Below, one piece after another: positions 28,715 to 43,892 of a DNA stretch of 64,000 nucleotides (the first letter of the stretch is position 1; every line of letters starts with the position of its first letter). Under the pieces are notes generated by a model. That model ran no database searches, was not told the origin of the DNA, and saw nothing but the letters and a program-made list of their open reading frames with translations. The position numbers and the translations under genes are program-made. This DNA is from Eledone cirrhosa (taxonomy: Eukaryota). The stretch covers positions 558,001 to 622,000 of the forward strand of contig OZ024743.1 of assembly GCA_964016885.1 (NCBI GenBank), written 5' to 3'.

Positions 28715-28800
28715 TAATTTACCAATCAGTTAGTTTGATAACACCAAGATGGGTAAAAACTCATGTCATGTGGGCACATTAGAGAACATTGAGATAAAAA

Positions 28801-28842
<42 letters not shown>

Positions 28843-28846
<4 letters not shown>

Positions 28847-30544
28847 CTGATATAGGCAAAATTAGCAAATATATACTAGACAGAATTATCCCCCAAGTTA
28901 AGGTTAAAGTAGAAATTAAACTATGGGGTAACACTCATGAAGCAATAAGATGGTTTAATAACATTACTGATAAGAAAAAATCAAAATTTATTCAGTTTGA
29001 TATTGATGAATATTATTCCTCAATTTCACCTGATACTCTACATGAAGCTCTTTCGTTCGCTAAGGATAATTCCGACCTTACGGATGCTGAAATTAGAATT
29101 ATTATGGAAGCAAGGAAAACTATAGTTAAATTCGATGATAGCTACTGGGTTCGCAAAGATAGACCTTCTAATTTTGATATTACTATGGGTTCTAATGATT
29201 CGGCGGAAGTAACAGATCTTGTGGGAATTTATATCACCCACAGACTACAAGGAAAATTCAAGGATCTCCACGGTGGAATCTACCGTGACGATGCGCTCCT
29301 ATTAGTTAAGCATATGAATAACCAGAATTTAGAAAGGATGCGTAAAAATATCAGAAAGCTTTTTAAGGAACTAGGATTAAATATTACATTTGAATATAAC
29401 CTCAAAGAGGTCAATTTCCTTGATGTTACTTTGAATCTCAATACAGATACGATTAAACCGTTCCACAAACTAAATGAGAACCTTAAATATGTAAATACGA
29501 GTTCTAACCATCCACTCTCTATGATTAAATCCATCCCTAGAAATGTTTCTCTTAGAATCTCCCGCCTGTCGTCCAACCAACAAACCTTCAAAGAACATGC
29601 CGAATATTATGATGATGCACTTAGGAAAGCCGGACACCTAGATAATATAGAGTATATAGTCGAAGATCACCAAAACACCCAAAATAAATCCCATAGGAGT
29701 AGAAATAGCACAGAATCACCACCATACATACACTACCGCAATAGATACAATAATAGTCGCACACCACCAAACAGAAGGCGATGTGAAGAGTATATTTGGT
29801 ACAACCCGGTCTATAACAACTCTATTAAAACCAATCTACCCTCACAATTCTTTCGATTAGTTAAAAAACACTTTCCAACATCACATAAATATAATAAAAT
29901 CTTAAACCCTAACACTATTCGACTTTCATATTCAACCGCCCCTAATATTGAACAACATATAAAAAAGCTTAACGCAAAATGGTTGTATAAACGCCTTCCA
30001 ACACATAACAATACACGTAAAACATTAGCTATAACATCACAAAACAACAAACAACATCCTGTCCTACATAAGCAACCTAATCAACCCATCCATGACAATA
30101 CAACAACGCAAAATTATAATTGCAACTGTGTCCAACCAGGAATGTGTCCGTTGAACAATCAGTGTCTTGAACGCAACATCGTATACAAATGTACTATCGA
30201 ATCGGATAGACAGAAGTGGTACTATGTGGGATCTACAGCCACCTCCTTCAAATCACGCCTATATAGACATCGATACTCGATAAAACATGAAAACCAGCAT
30301 TATGTAACAACACTCGCAGACAAGGCTTGGCAGCTGCGTGAAAATAACCAACAATTTCACCTAAAATGGGATATAATAGCGGCTGCCCTCCCCATAATCC
30401 CATGGACAGGAATTTTGTAAATTATGTAATGTAGAATTATTTTGTATTATGAAATCCAAAAACATTTTATTAAATAACAGAATAGAGCGATCGTTATACT
30501 GTAACCATCGCTTAAAATCTACATTTTCATATTATAAATACTAA
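28843..30544 (+). pseudogene. Penelope-like retroelement ORF (RT plus C-terminal GIY-YIG), probably Naiad clade, 5'-truncated, one late frameshift/stop
   Basis: Frame open from 28843: KSDIGKISK..FIQFDIDEYYSSI..FDITMGSNDSAEVTDLVG..YRDD..NFLDVTLNL..SNHP..IWYNP..CNC..CPLNNQC..NIVYKC..YYVGST; continues CKLC..LNNR..CNH in a shifted frame to TAA at 30544. Confidence 0.92.
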
Positions 30545-31314
30545 CAGGATTGAACGCCTGTCTCTATCTCCGTTTGATTGTCAAAATAGATATTAACATT
30601 CTTTATTAGTCTTAATTCTATCAACTCTTCTATTATTTACCTTTTAATATAAACTGCTATAGATAAAATGAGATTTCTGATTTCTTAATTCAATTCCCTA
30701 ATGCATATACCAGCTGGCTACTAGCATTGATGTTATTCAGTAGCAATCGAAATCTCCCCCTTCCCCAATTGACACTTTATAATTAATACTACTACACCAA
30801 ATGACCAGCTCTGTCCACTGTCCAATTGGTCAAGTAGAGATTAAAATTGGCACTCTCAAAAATTCTTATTTAGATAAAATGAAGCATTTACTCATGGTAT
30901 TCTCATTAGAAACCCTTTATATACTTGTTTAGCAGTAAATTGAACTAACATCTGTCATACACTATCCCCTCTTTTTCTTCCTCTATTACTAATATAAATA
31001 CTTCAATTTTTCTGATTTGATCCAATTTATCCAAAATCTCTGAAGAAGTGACAACTGATTATACATTTGCTATCGAATACTTGCTAACATTATATGATTA
31101 CGCAAGCAGCGATACATAGGTATTCCGTCTGTTACAGAAACATATGTCAATACCTAATAAATTCCTTTTTTAAAAAAAGCACTTTCATTTTATATTCATC
31201 CTTTCTACATTTTCTCCGGAATATAATGTATACTCGTTGAGCAAACCTGCACGTACGCTGTTCATCTCTAACGTAACGATATATTATCACTACATTATTG
31301 ATAACCTGAAATTT

Positions 31315-31318
<4 letters not shown>
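30545..31318 (+). mobile_element. PLE 3' UTR/pseudo-LTR with HHR-like core
   Basis: CTGAAGA a gtgaca...tgttac a GAAAC atat GTC at about 31040-31148, then AATAAA; stem I not supported; ends in (TA)n. Confidence 0.65.
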
Positions 31319-32625
<1,307 letters not shown>

Positions 32626-33104
32626 ACAAAGGGCAAAGGAGCTCTTAAGAGTCAATGGCCATCCAAAATCACCGGGAGAGATGACGCCTTAGCCTTTGTC
32701 AAGGCAGAATTCTAGGAGAAGGAAAACTCTGATATAACACCTGCAACCCTGATGGTATCCAATGATGTTGACTTGTTCTTCTTTTTGGTAAATATCATCT
32801 TGGTTAAGAGAGTGGGACTGGCTTTGTGCAGTGCCTTTCCTCACTATAAAAGCTTCACAGCACAGGCATTGCTTTATATCTGGAGATCTCTCTGCACTTG
32901 TCATCACATGGTACCATGGGCCCAGCACTATGTGTCAATAATTGTCACAAGTGTAGTGTTTGTACAAGAGTTTTCAAGTCGCTGGCTGGACTAAAAAGTC
33001 ACACTTGTTTAGCGCATCAGTAGGAGTTCTCCTACATGGATATAAAGTAGTGGCCGTACTCGAAAACGAGTTGGCAGCCACCATATATATATATATAGAC
33101 ACAC

Positions 33105-33209
<105 letters not shown>

Positions 33210-33261
33210 TATATATATATACATATATATACATACATATATATATACATATATATATATA

Positions 33262-34048
33262 TTTGTTTGTTTACACTCTCGCTCGTTCCCTTTATTTACG
33301 TATCCCAACAAACTTTCTTTAGCCGTTGCTCGCACCAACCGGAGGTATATGGTCTTTAAAGCGATGAAATACCAATGATGGTTGGAAGATCACTGATGAA
33401 GGACTAACTTTATTCATATGTAACCCGTTTGCAACCCCGCCGCACGTTTGTTCTCATATTCACACATATATTTCCCCCCGCTGTGACTCGTCTATTTCGT
33501 TCTTACTGCTTCCTCTTTCTCTGTATCTTTACCCTCTCTAACAGTCACTCTTTCTGTTAGCCTCTTCCTCACCCTTCACTCACTCACTCTCTGCTACTAC
33601 CTCTCCTACTTCCTCCCGTTTGACCTGTGCGTAATTCTTTTCTCTCGCACGCGTGATCAGGCTCGTTCCCCTTTTCAGTCTCACATCTACGATTTCACCG
33701 AACTTATGTTCACCGAATTCACAGACTGGACTCGTTCTTCCTCCCGTTTGACCTGTGCGGAATTCCTTCCTTGCTCACATTTCGACTAGGTTTGATGGTC
33801 TTTATTCTCTCTCGTTGACGTTTTCACCGAACTTATATTCATGGAAATCTGGAACTTGACTCTTTCTTCCTCACTTTTCATTGCTTTACCATCTTTGTTT
33901 GTTTACACTCTCGCTCGTTCCCTTTATTTACGTGTCCCAGCGACTTTCTTTAGCCGTTGTTCGCACTAACCGGAGGTATATGGTCTTTAAAGCGATGAAA
34001 TACCAATGATGGTTGGAAGATCACTGATGAAGGACTAACTTTATTCGT
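33262..34048 (+). mobile_element. Non-coding insert with about 155-bp terminal direct repeats (632-bp period)
   Basis: 33262-33416 matches 33894-34048; each repeat ends just after CTGATGAAGG; flanked by (TA)n. Confidence 0.8.
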
Positions 34049-34059
34049 ATATATATATA

Positions 34060-34448
<389 letters not shown>

Positions 34449-34461
34449 GTGTGTGTGTGTG

Positions 34462-34770
34462 AAGGCGCATGGCTTAGTGGTTAAAGCAGTAGGCTTGCAA
34501 TCGAAAGCTTGTGAGTTCAATTCTCGGACCGGGTGATGTGTTGTTTCCTTGAGCAAGACACTTTATTTCACCTTGGTCCAGGTTACTCAGCTGAAAATGA
34601 GTACCAGCAATAGCTGGAAGTTTAACTCTGCGATGGACTAGAGTCCTGTCCAGGGGTGAGTCTTGTACTCTCAGTCGCTTCACGCCATGAAACCGGGATA
34701 ACACCGGCCAAATGAGCCTTTTGGCTTAAGACAGACTTTAGACTTATGGCTTAAGACAGACTTTAGACTT
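34462..34770 (+). mobile_element. tRNA-derived SINE family 2 (CORE-like body)
   Basis: A-box TGGCTTAGTGG, B-box GAGTTCAATTC, CCTTGAGCAAGACACTT core, duplicated TGGCTTAAGACAGACTTTAGACTTA tail. Confidence 0.85.
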
Positions 34771-34896
34771 ACGCCAGTGGGATGGCGTCATTGTATGGCT
34801 AAAACAACACGTGCTGTGACGAGCGGCGCCGAATGGCGCCCGACAGTCTGGTTGGTCAAGGTGATCAAGTGATTTATATATTTATATATATTCATA

Positions 34897-34940
<44 letters not shown>

Positions 34941-36089
34941 TATATAAATATATATATATATTTATCAAAATAACAGATTAAAGCTTAAAGAATCGGTGCT
35001 TTCACCTTTAACGGAATCTTCTGAAACTTATCGAGCTATCTTTGGATTTTAGTCTTTAAATTTATTATTATTACCATAAATATATCTGTTAGACACGCAG
35101 TGACTAACAACAGAATGTTTTAAGTCTGCGTGTCTGACATACATGCGTAGCTTGTGAAAAAGAATTCAAGGGGTATCGCTGGCCGTGGGGATCCCTGCCA
35201 AACATGTTTTGTAATGTATCGTCTTATTTGCTAATTTCATCGTCTTATTGGCTAATCAACCAACGAGAATAATTGTTGCTCAAAAGCATCCGCCATTTTA
35301 TTTGCACGTTTATTTATCGTTTTGCTTGCGAATCTTCCTCCAGTATATCGTCGTTTAGCATCAAAATATTTTTCTAGTTTTTGTAAGTTATATTGTTAAT
35401 TTATATATGATTTTTTTAATTTATATTAACTATTTTTTCTTCAGTTCGTTATAACATGCTTATCATATTGGTTGTATCATATTTACTTGTATATTTGTCC
35501 ATATTATTGTTCGTTTTATGTTAGATTATTTTATTATTATTTTGTTAGATTATTTTTTTATTATTATGTTAGACTATTTGTATGTAATATTTAATTTTTA
35601 TTAATTCAACTATAACAATTATTATGTAAAATATATTTATTTAATATTGATTGTTTTTTTTTGTAGTTGTTTATATTAAAAGTCTGAAAATATGTTTATA
35701 CATCTTACAATAATATTTATTAGATTTTATTTATAAAATAACAATTATATAATCTAATTACATTACAACGATAATTTATTATTAATATATATCATATTTA
35801 ACTAGAGTTATTACAAGCGTTGCCTTAAAAAAATATTAAACTAGACCTGAAAAATGTGCAAGCTCAAAAGAGCCACAGAATGTTATAATAAACCTTCAAA
35901 AGTGTCGGACGAGAGTTGTTGCTCAAAAATATTGTAATCATTATCTATCGTACACTCTGTAGCATCCTTTTATAAAAAAGAGACTCATAACGAACTCAAG
36001 ACGACACGATAATTATTTAAGTGAATTTATAATATAGAATTCGGTTTAAGTGTATTTCGTATTAATCATTACTAAACATCTAATATGAG

Positions 36090-37110
36090 ATATTGAACAT
36101 TAGCTTCAATACACCAGAGTATAACTGTAACTATCGACTACCCTTCCAAACACCCTAACAGTAGACTACCTGTATTAGACACGGAACTCTGGATTAACAC
36201 TATAGATGAGAGGGCCCAAATTCTCCACTCACACTATTCTAAACCCATGGCCTCCAAATACCTGATACTCAAAAACTCAGCAATGTCCAGTAGTGCTAAG
36301 TTTAATATTCTGATCGAAGACTTGGTACAAATGATGAAGAACGTGTCCCGCATGTGCGACCCAACAGAAATGGAAAAACACATCCAACACTTCATCAACC
36401 GCATGCAGTTCTCTGGCTACAACCAAAGAGACAGAATCAGAGTATACGAAGGAGCCACGGAGAAGTATAAGACCCTCATAGAATTGGACATGAAAGGAAT
36501 TTACCCATTATACAGGAGCAAATCATGGAATAGCTTAGATAGGAGTAAACATAAGATAGGGAAAGCCACCTCGTGGTACGGCAACCAGAGGTACCAGAGT
36601 GTCATGTTCGTGGACGGTAAATTAGCTAACCAGTGTAGAAAGGCCTTGAGAAAGACCCACTTAAAGATTAAAGCGGTAGAAAAGCCAGGAACTACCATAA
36701 AATCCCTGATCAGCAAAATCTACCCTTTTAAGAAAACCCACTATACGAATATGAAATGTATTATATGTAAAGTACACCCCCGCATAAACTGTAAAACTAG
36801 AAACATAGTCTATAGCACAAGATGTACAGAGAGTACTTGCAGAAACATGACAACAACATACATAGGCGAGACTGCTCGTAGCATAGGAGAAAGGATAGAC
36901 CAACACTGGGGGAACTAAAAAGACGAAAAAACAGTTCAGTACTATACGAACACGCCAGATAACAACATGACGGTAACATAGACAACATCGAAATAAAAAA
37001 AAACAATATCTAAACATAGAAATGACCCAGCAGATAGGCAAATCAGAGAGGCAAGTGAAATAGAACTTAGAAGGCCAAAGCTAAACAGAAAAAATGAATG
37101 GAATAACAAC
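36090..37110 (+). pseudogene. Second PLE lineage: RT thumb plus GIY-YIG fragment
   Basis: RLPVLDTELW..HYSKPMAS..SGY..PLYRSKSW..CIIC..NCKTRNIVYSTRC..C..YIGETARSIGERIDQH; stops downstream. Confidence 0.85.
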
Positions 37111-37359
37111 AACACCCAAACAAACAATACTCACTTAAGAGAAATATAAATAAATAAATAAATAAATAAGTATATACACAAACACAATAACAACAAACAC
37201 ATATAAGCACACACTAGTAAACTAAGATATAATGCAATAACCAAAACACAGTCACCCCAATGCGAACACACACCAAACAATATACACACACGCAAACGCA
37301 TGGGTAGAGAAGAATACAAAAACAAATAAATAAATAAATAAATAAACAGATAGAATAAA

Positions 37360-37640
37360 GATGGCGTAGACATACAATACAACAGGAGGAACATAATAGC
37401 ACCACTGACGATGTTGCAGATGTGCAACGAAAGAACTTTGTTAGATTATATATATGTGTTTATATCCATATTATATCTGTATTTTTGACCGTTGGTCAGT
37501 TAATGGTAAACACTGAGGACCAAATGAATTAACTGATATAAAAGGTTCAGAAGCGAAAACCAACCAAACAGTGAGTGTGTTCTGTTATTAATTCTGGCAA
37601 TATTATTACAACAATATGACCTCCCCAAGTATAACAATAT
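37360..37640 (+). mobile_element. Pseudo-LTR of that PLE with HHR-like core
   Basis: CTGACGA t gttgca gatg tgcaac GAAAG near 37405-37433; diverged inverted copy at 38787-39085. Confidence 0.7.
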
Positions 37641-38170
37641 TTATTTCGACACACGATTTAATATAAAAAACCTCGCAAAACAAATATATAAAGGGGAATA
37701 AAGAAAAAACGAAGAAAAGAAATTGAAGAAAATGAAATTGAAGGGAGAATAAAAAACCGTTGTATTCAAATGCTAGATAAAAAAAGAAATCAAAAATCTA
37801 TTCACATATATCAATAAATATCGCTTGTATTGGATTAAGCTTTAGCTAATTATACTTTTATATTATATCCAGATTATTAGGTATAGATTACTTTCTATAG
37901 CAATCAAATATTTAAGTTAATTACAAATTTATATAATTTAATTTAGTTCATTCTATAATATTAAAATTTTTAATTTTAAGTTAAGATATTCTATTAATAG
38001 TTTACTACAACTTAAAAAAAATTAAAGCCTAATTAAATAATTATTAAATATCTATTAAAATATACCATCCATATATCCCCATCAATGCATATAATATGTT
38101 TTGTTCATTTATTATCCAAATTAATTTAGAAATTCGCTTTATGAAAACTTTGTTATTATTTAATTTTCAT

Positions 38171-38530
38171 GTTGTCTGAAATGTATAGCCTTACACACGC
38201 TGATGAACCGAGACTAGACCATTTCTTTCAACAAATTTTTGATGAAACATATCTTTGGATTTGTACGTGTGTTATATAGTTATAGAGGTATTTATTTACG
38301 CTTTAATTTATATGTTTAATTATCGTGTCTATAGTCTGCCTTTCATAGGTTATAGATTCCATAAACTGGTGGTTTTTTTCCCTGTATTATTGATAACGTA
38401 CTGTATATCTCTCTCTGGTGTGTTACCTTTTCAACATATTGTATATTAAAGAGCTCAGGATCTCTTCTCCTTTGAGCACATTATTTACAGGGAATAGTGA
38501 GAGCCTATGCCTCCGTTAATTTATCGTGAT
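38171..38530 (+). mobile_element. Family B copy with HHR at 38193-38272
   Basis: acacacg CTGATGA ... GAAAC atatc ttt ggattt GTA cgtgtgt; ends in (TA)n. Confidence 0.8.
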
Positions 38531-38631
38531 ATGTATATAATTATATATGTATATATATATGTAAATATATATATATATGTATATATATATGTATATATAT
38601 ATATGTATATATATATGTATATATATATGTA

Positions 38632-38671
<40 letters not shown>

Positions 38672-38751
38672 CATATATATGTATATATATATGTATATAT
38701 GTACATATATATATATATATAGGAACCAGTATATATATATATATATGTATA

Positions 38752-38786
<35 letters not shown>

Positions 38787-38790
<4 letters not shown>

Positions 38791-39085
38791 TGTTATATTT
38801 GGGGAGGGTCATATTTGCGTAATATTGCCAGAATTAATAACAGAACACACTCACTGTTTGGTTGGTTTTCGCTTCTCGCTGTCTTTTATATATATATATC
38901 TGCGATCTAACTTACTCGGTCCTCAATGTTGCCATTGACTGACCGGCGGTTAAAAATAATACAGATACAATATAGACAAACACATATATATATAGTTTAC
39001 ATAAATCTTTCGTTGCACATCTGCAACATCGTCAGTGGTGTTATATTCATTGTTCCTCCTGTTGTGTTGTATGTCTACGCCATTT
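38787..39085 (-). mobile_element. Inverted solo pseudo-LTR copy in (TA)n
   Basis: Diverged reverse complement of 37360-37640. Confidence 0.8.
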
Positions 39086-39195
39086 TTTTTTGTTCAGTCT
39101 ATATATGTATATATATATGTATATATATATATATATGTATATATATATGTATATATATATGTGTATATATATATGTATATATATATATATGTATA

Positions 39196-39242
<47 letters not shown>

Positions 39243-39315
39243 GTATATATATATATATATGTATATATATATGTATATATATATGTGTATATATATATGT
39301 ATATATATATATATG

Positions 39316-39364
<49 letters not shown>

Positions 39365-39380
39365 GTATATATATATATAC

Positions 39381-39425
<45 letters not shown>

Positions 39426-39461
39426 TATGTATATAAATGTATATATGTATCTATCTATCTA

Positions 39462-39514
<53 letters not shown>

Positions 39515-39517
39515 GTA

Positions 39518-40822
39518 TATAATATATAAGATCAAAAGATGGTTAAAGGAGTTCCATGTATTTTATTATGCGCATTTCAAAAGTTAATATGTATTAAGAA
39601 TGAATATTCTAGCGTCAAAAGAAGGAGAGGGAGTTAATGTATTGATATTAAAGTTTGATGATGGAGAGAAAAAAATAATAATTGCGGATGAATATTCTAA
39701 CGTCAAAAAAAACAAATGTATATGTTATGAAGGATTTTACAAGGTGAAGATAGAATGAGGGTAATGAGTAAACATTATAGAGTGTATAATGCCCTTTGAA
39801 GTGAGGTAGGAAGATGGGTATAATTTAAAGAGGTGTGTGTATATGTGCCTTTGAGAAAAGATTCTAAATTGATAAATATTCAATTCTTTATCAATTTAGA
39901 ATCTTTTCTCAAACTCCCCTCTCATTAACTCCCTCTCCTTCTTTTGACGCTAGAATATTCATTCTTAATACATATTAACTCTTTCTTCGCACATATCAAT
40001 TCCTTCAATATACAAACCTTAACTTCACATTATTTTTCTCAAATCATCTAATACACAAACCTTAATAATTTTTTAATACATATTAACTCTTTCTTCGCAC
40101 ATATTATCAATTCCTTCAATATACAAACTTTAACTTCACATTATTTTTTCTCAAATCATTCAACACGCAAACCTTAATAATTTTTTCTCTTCATTAATTT
40201 TGAAATTGCCATAATACTTATAAACATACACCCTTTTGACGTTAGAATATTCATCCGCAATTATTATTTTTTCTCTCTATCTTCAAACTTTTTAATCCCT
40301 CTCTTTCCTCATACATATATTTTTTCCCTTCGTTAATTTTCAAATTCTTTTAATTTATACATTATCTTCCAACGGTTCTCAACCTCTCTATGTAAAACAA
40401 TATATCTTTTCTCAGTTATAAAAACTATCTCTTTCTCTCTATCACCCATCTCTCCCTCTCCACCTTCACTCTCATCTCCTCCCCTTTTTTCATCCTTTCC
40501 ACCCCCCCCTCTCTAAATAAAATATTTTTCCCAATATCACACATCAATCTAAAACTACTTTTCATATGTTGATTTAAAACTGCACTATCCACAAGTGTTT
40601 TTTAGCCTTCATGTCATGTTCTCCTGTTTTATCTGATGAAAACACAAATAATATTGCATGATGATGTTTGTTTTTGAAATGCGGATAATAAAATACATGG
40701 AACTCCTTTAACCATCTTTTGATCTTATATATTATGTATACTCCAGTCCTACAAACTGTAGAGTGCTTCTTATCCGATATCTGCATTGCTTTATTGTACT
40801 ACAATAAAACTCACCTCCTACA
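39518..40822 (+). mobile_element. PLE-type 3' UTR/terminal segment with nested inversions
   Basis: Several internal IR pairs, an about 108-bp tandem duplication, an HHR and the shared tail motif; (TA)n on both sides. Confidence 0.75.
40627..40693 (+). ncRNA. Minimal type I hammerhead ribozyme
   Basis: ttttat CTGATGA aaacacaaata..tgtttgttttt GAAAT gcgg ATA ataaaa; the inverted partial copy near 39560-39580 has the palindromic loop GCGC. Confidence 0.75.
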
Positions 40823-41424
40823 TATATATATGTATATATATATGTATATATATATATGTATATATATATATATGTATATATATATGTATATATATATGTA
40901 TATATATATATGTATATATATATATGTATATATATATGTATATATATATATGTATATATATATATGTATATATATATGTATATATATATGTATATATATA
41001 TATGTATATATATATATGTATATATATATGTATATATATATGTATATATATATATATATGTATATATATATGTATATATATATAAATATATATATATATG
41101 TATATATATATATGTATATATATATATGTATATATATATATGTATATATATATATGTATATATATATATGTATATATATATATATGTATATATATATATG
41201 TATATATATGTATATGTATATGTATATATGTATATGTATATATGTATATATATATATGTATATATATATGTGTATATATATATGTGTATATATATATGTC
41301 TATATATATATGTATATATATATATTTATATATATATATGTATATATATATATGTATATATATATGTATATATATATGTATATATATATATGTATATGTA
41401 TATATATATATGTATATATATATG

Positions 41425-41457
<33 letters not shown>

Positions 41458-41482
41458 GTATATATATATGTATATATATATG

Positions 41483-41513
<31 letters not shown>

Positions 41514-41833
41514 GTATATATATATATGTATATGTATATATGTATATGTATATATATATGTATATATGTATATATATGTATATATGTATATATATATATA
41601 TGTATATATGTACATATATATATATGTACATATATATATATGTATATATTTATATATATGTATATATATATATATGTATATATATACAGCATTTACGTAT
41701 CGGGAGAGACAAAAGGGAGTAGATAGGTGATACATATAGTTATTTTCCAAGTGGCGTATGCCAAAGGTGCTCGACACTAGTGCCGGCAGTTAATATTTAG
41801 TGGGCTAGAGAGTTAGCAGCGCGTAAGCACGTT

Positions 41834-41995
41834 GAAAAGTAACAAATCGGAGAAGAGATCGTTAAAACATGTTTATTTAAAACAGCACCTACGTACTTTT
41901 CGCCCAGTTGGGCTTCTCAAGGGTATAAACAACCACGTAGGTGGTGTTTTAAATAAACATGTTTTAACGGTCGATTCTCCGATTTGTTACTTTTC
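41834..41995. repeat. Fold-back with about 60-bp arms; decayed HHR in the loop (minus strand)
   Basis: ccc TTGAGAA gccc aact gggc GAAA a gtac GTA gg. Confidence 0.8.
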
Positions 41996-41996
41996 C

Positions 41997-42102
<106 letters not shown>

Positions 42103-42103
42103 G

Positions 42104-42152
<49 letters not shown>

Positions 42153-42165
42153 GTATATATATATG

Positions 42166-42324
<159 letters not shown>

Positions 42325-42413
42325 GTATGTATATATATATGTATGTATGTATATATATATGTATGTATGTATATATATGTATGTATGTATATATATATGT
42401 ATATATATGTATG

Positions 42414-42458
<45 letters not shown>

Positions 42459-42541
42459 GTATATATATGTATATATATATATGTATATATATATATGTAT
42501 ATATGTATATATATACATATATATATGTATATATATATTTG

Positions 42542-42606
<65 letters not shown>

Positions 42607-42788
42607 ATAAGTATAAGTATATATATGAATATGTATGTATATGTATATATATGAATATGTATATATATGTATATATATGTATATATGTATATATACATGT
42701 ATATATATGTATATATGCATATATATATGTATATATATGTATATATATGTATATATGTATATATATATGTATATATGTATATATATAT

Positions 42789-43197
42789 GTAGGAATATCC
42801 TGTCCTGGTCTCCTCAGTAAATATCCAGGGTGTCCCTGGATGTTTACTGAGGAGAGCAGGACAGGATATTCCTACACTTATTTATCTCGAAACATATTTG
42901 GATTTTAAAGTTTAAACTTATGTACGGAACAGGTTTGATTTTGAAATTTAAATGTGTCTAAACATCATAGCCATTTGGCAATGCAGTTCGTCTTTGTTGA
43001 TTTATTATTTTAAATCGATATGGACAAACTGTAGTATAATAATTAGTATACTTCATTCTGGCTAAATTTTCTTTTGCAATATAAATACAGATGTGTTGGT
43101 ATCTGTGTTACATCATATATATTAGTTTATACACGGCTCAGGGGTATTTCCTCCTTCGAGCTAATTCTATTGTAAAATAATTCATTACACTTAATAA
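42789..43197 (+). mobile_element. Family C partial monomer with 5' hairpin cap
   Basis: Hairpin 42789-42875; body homologous to the 517-bp unit at 47454-48995. Confidence 0.9.
42839..42966 (+). ncRNA. Type I hammerhead ribozyme with long stem III
   Basis: gatgttta CTGAGGA gag...ctc GAAA catatttggatttt...gaaatttaaatgtg TC taaacatc; 8-bp stem I, GUC site at 42958. Confidence 0.85.
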
Positions 43198-43268
<71 letters not shown>

Positions 43269-43311
43269 GTATATATATACATGTATATATATATATGTAT
43301 ATATATATATG

Positions 43312-43342
<31 letters not shown>

Positions 43343-43745
43343 GTATATATATGTATATATATACATGTATATATATATATATGGATATATATATGTATAT
43401 ATATACATGTATATATATATATGGATATATATATGTATATATATATGTGTATATATATATATGTATATATATACATGTATATATATATGTATATATATAC
43501 ATGTATATATATATGTATATATATACATGTATATATATATATGTATATATATATATGTATATATATGTATATATATATTTGTATATATATATATATGTAT
43601 ATATATATATGTATATATATATTTGTATATATATATTTGTATATATATATATGTATATATATATTTGTATATATATATATGTATATATATATTTGTATAT
43701 ATATGTATATATATATTTGTATATATATTTTTGTATATGTATATA

Positions 43746-43788
<43 letters not shown>

Positions 43789-43849
43789 GTATATATATAT
43801 ATACATATGTATATATATATGTATATATATATATGTATATATATATATG

Positions 43850-43880
<31 letters not shown>

Positions 43881-43892
43881 GTATATATATAT

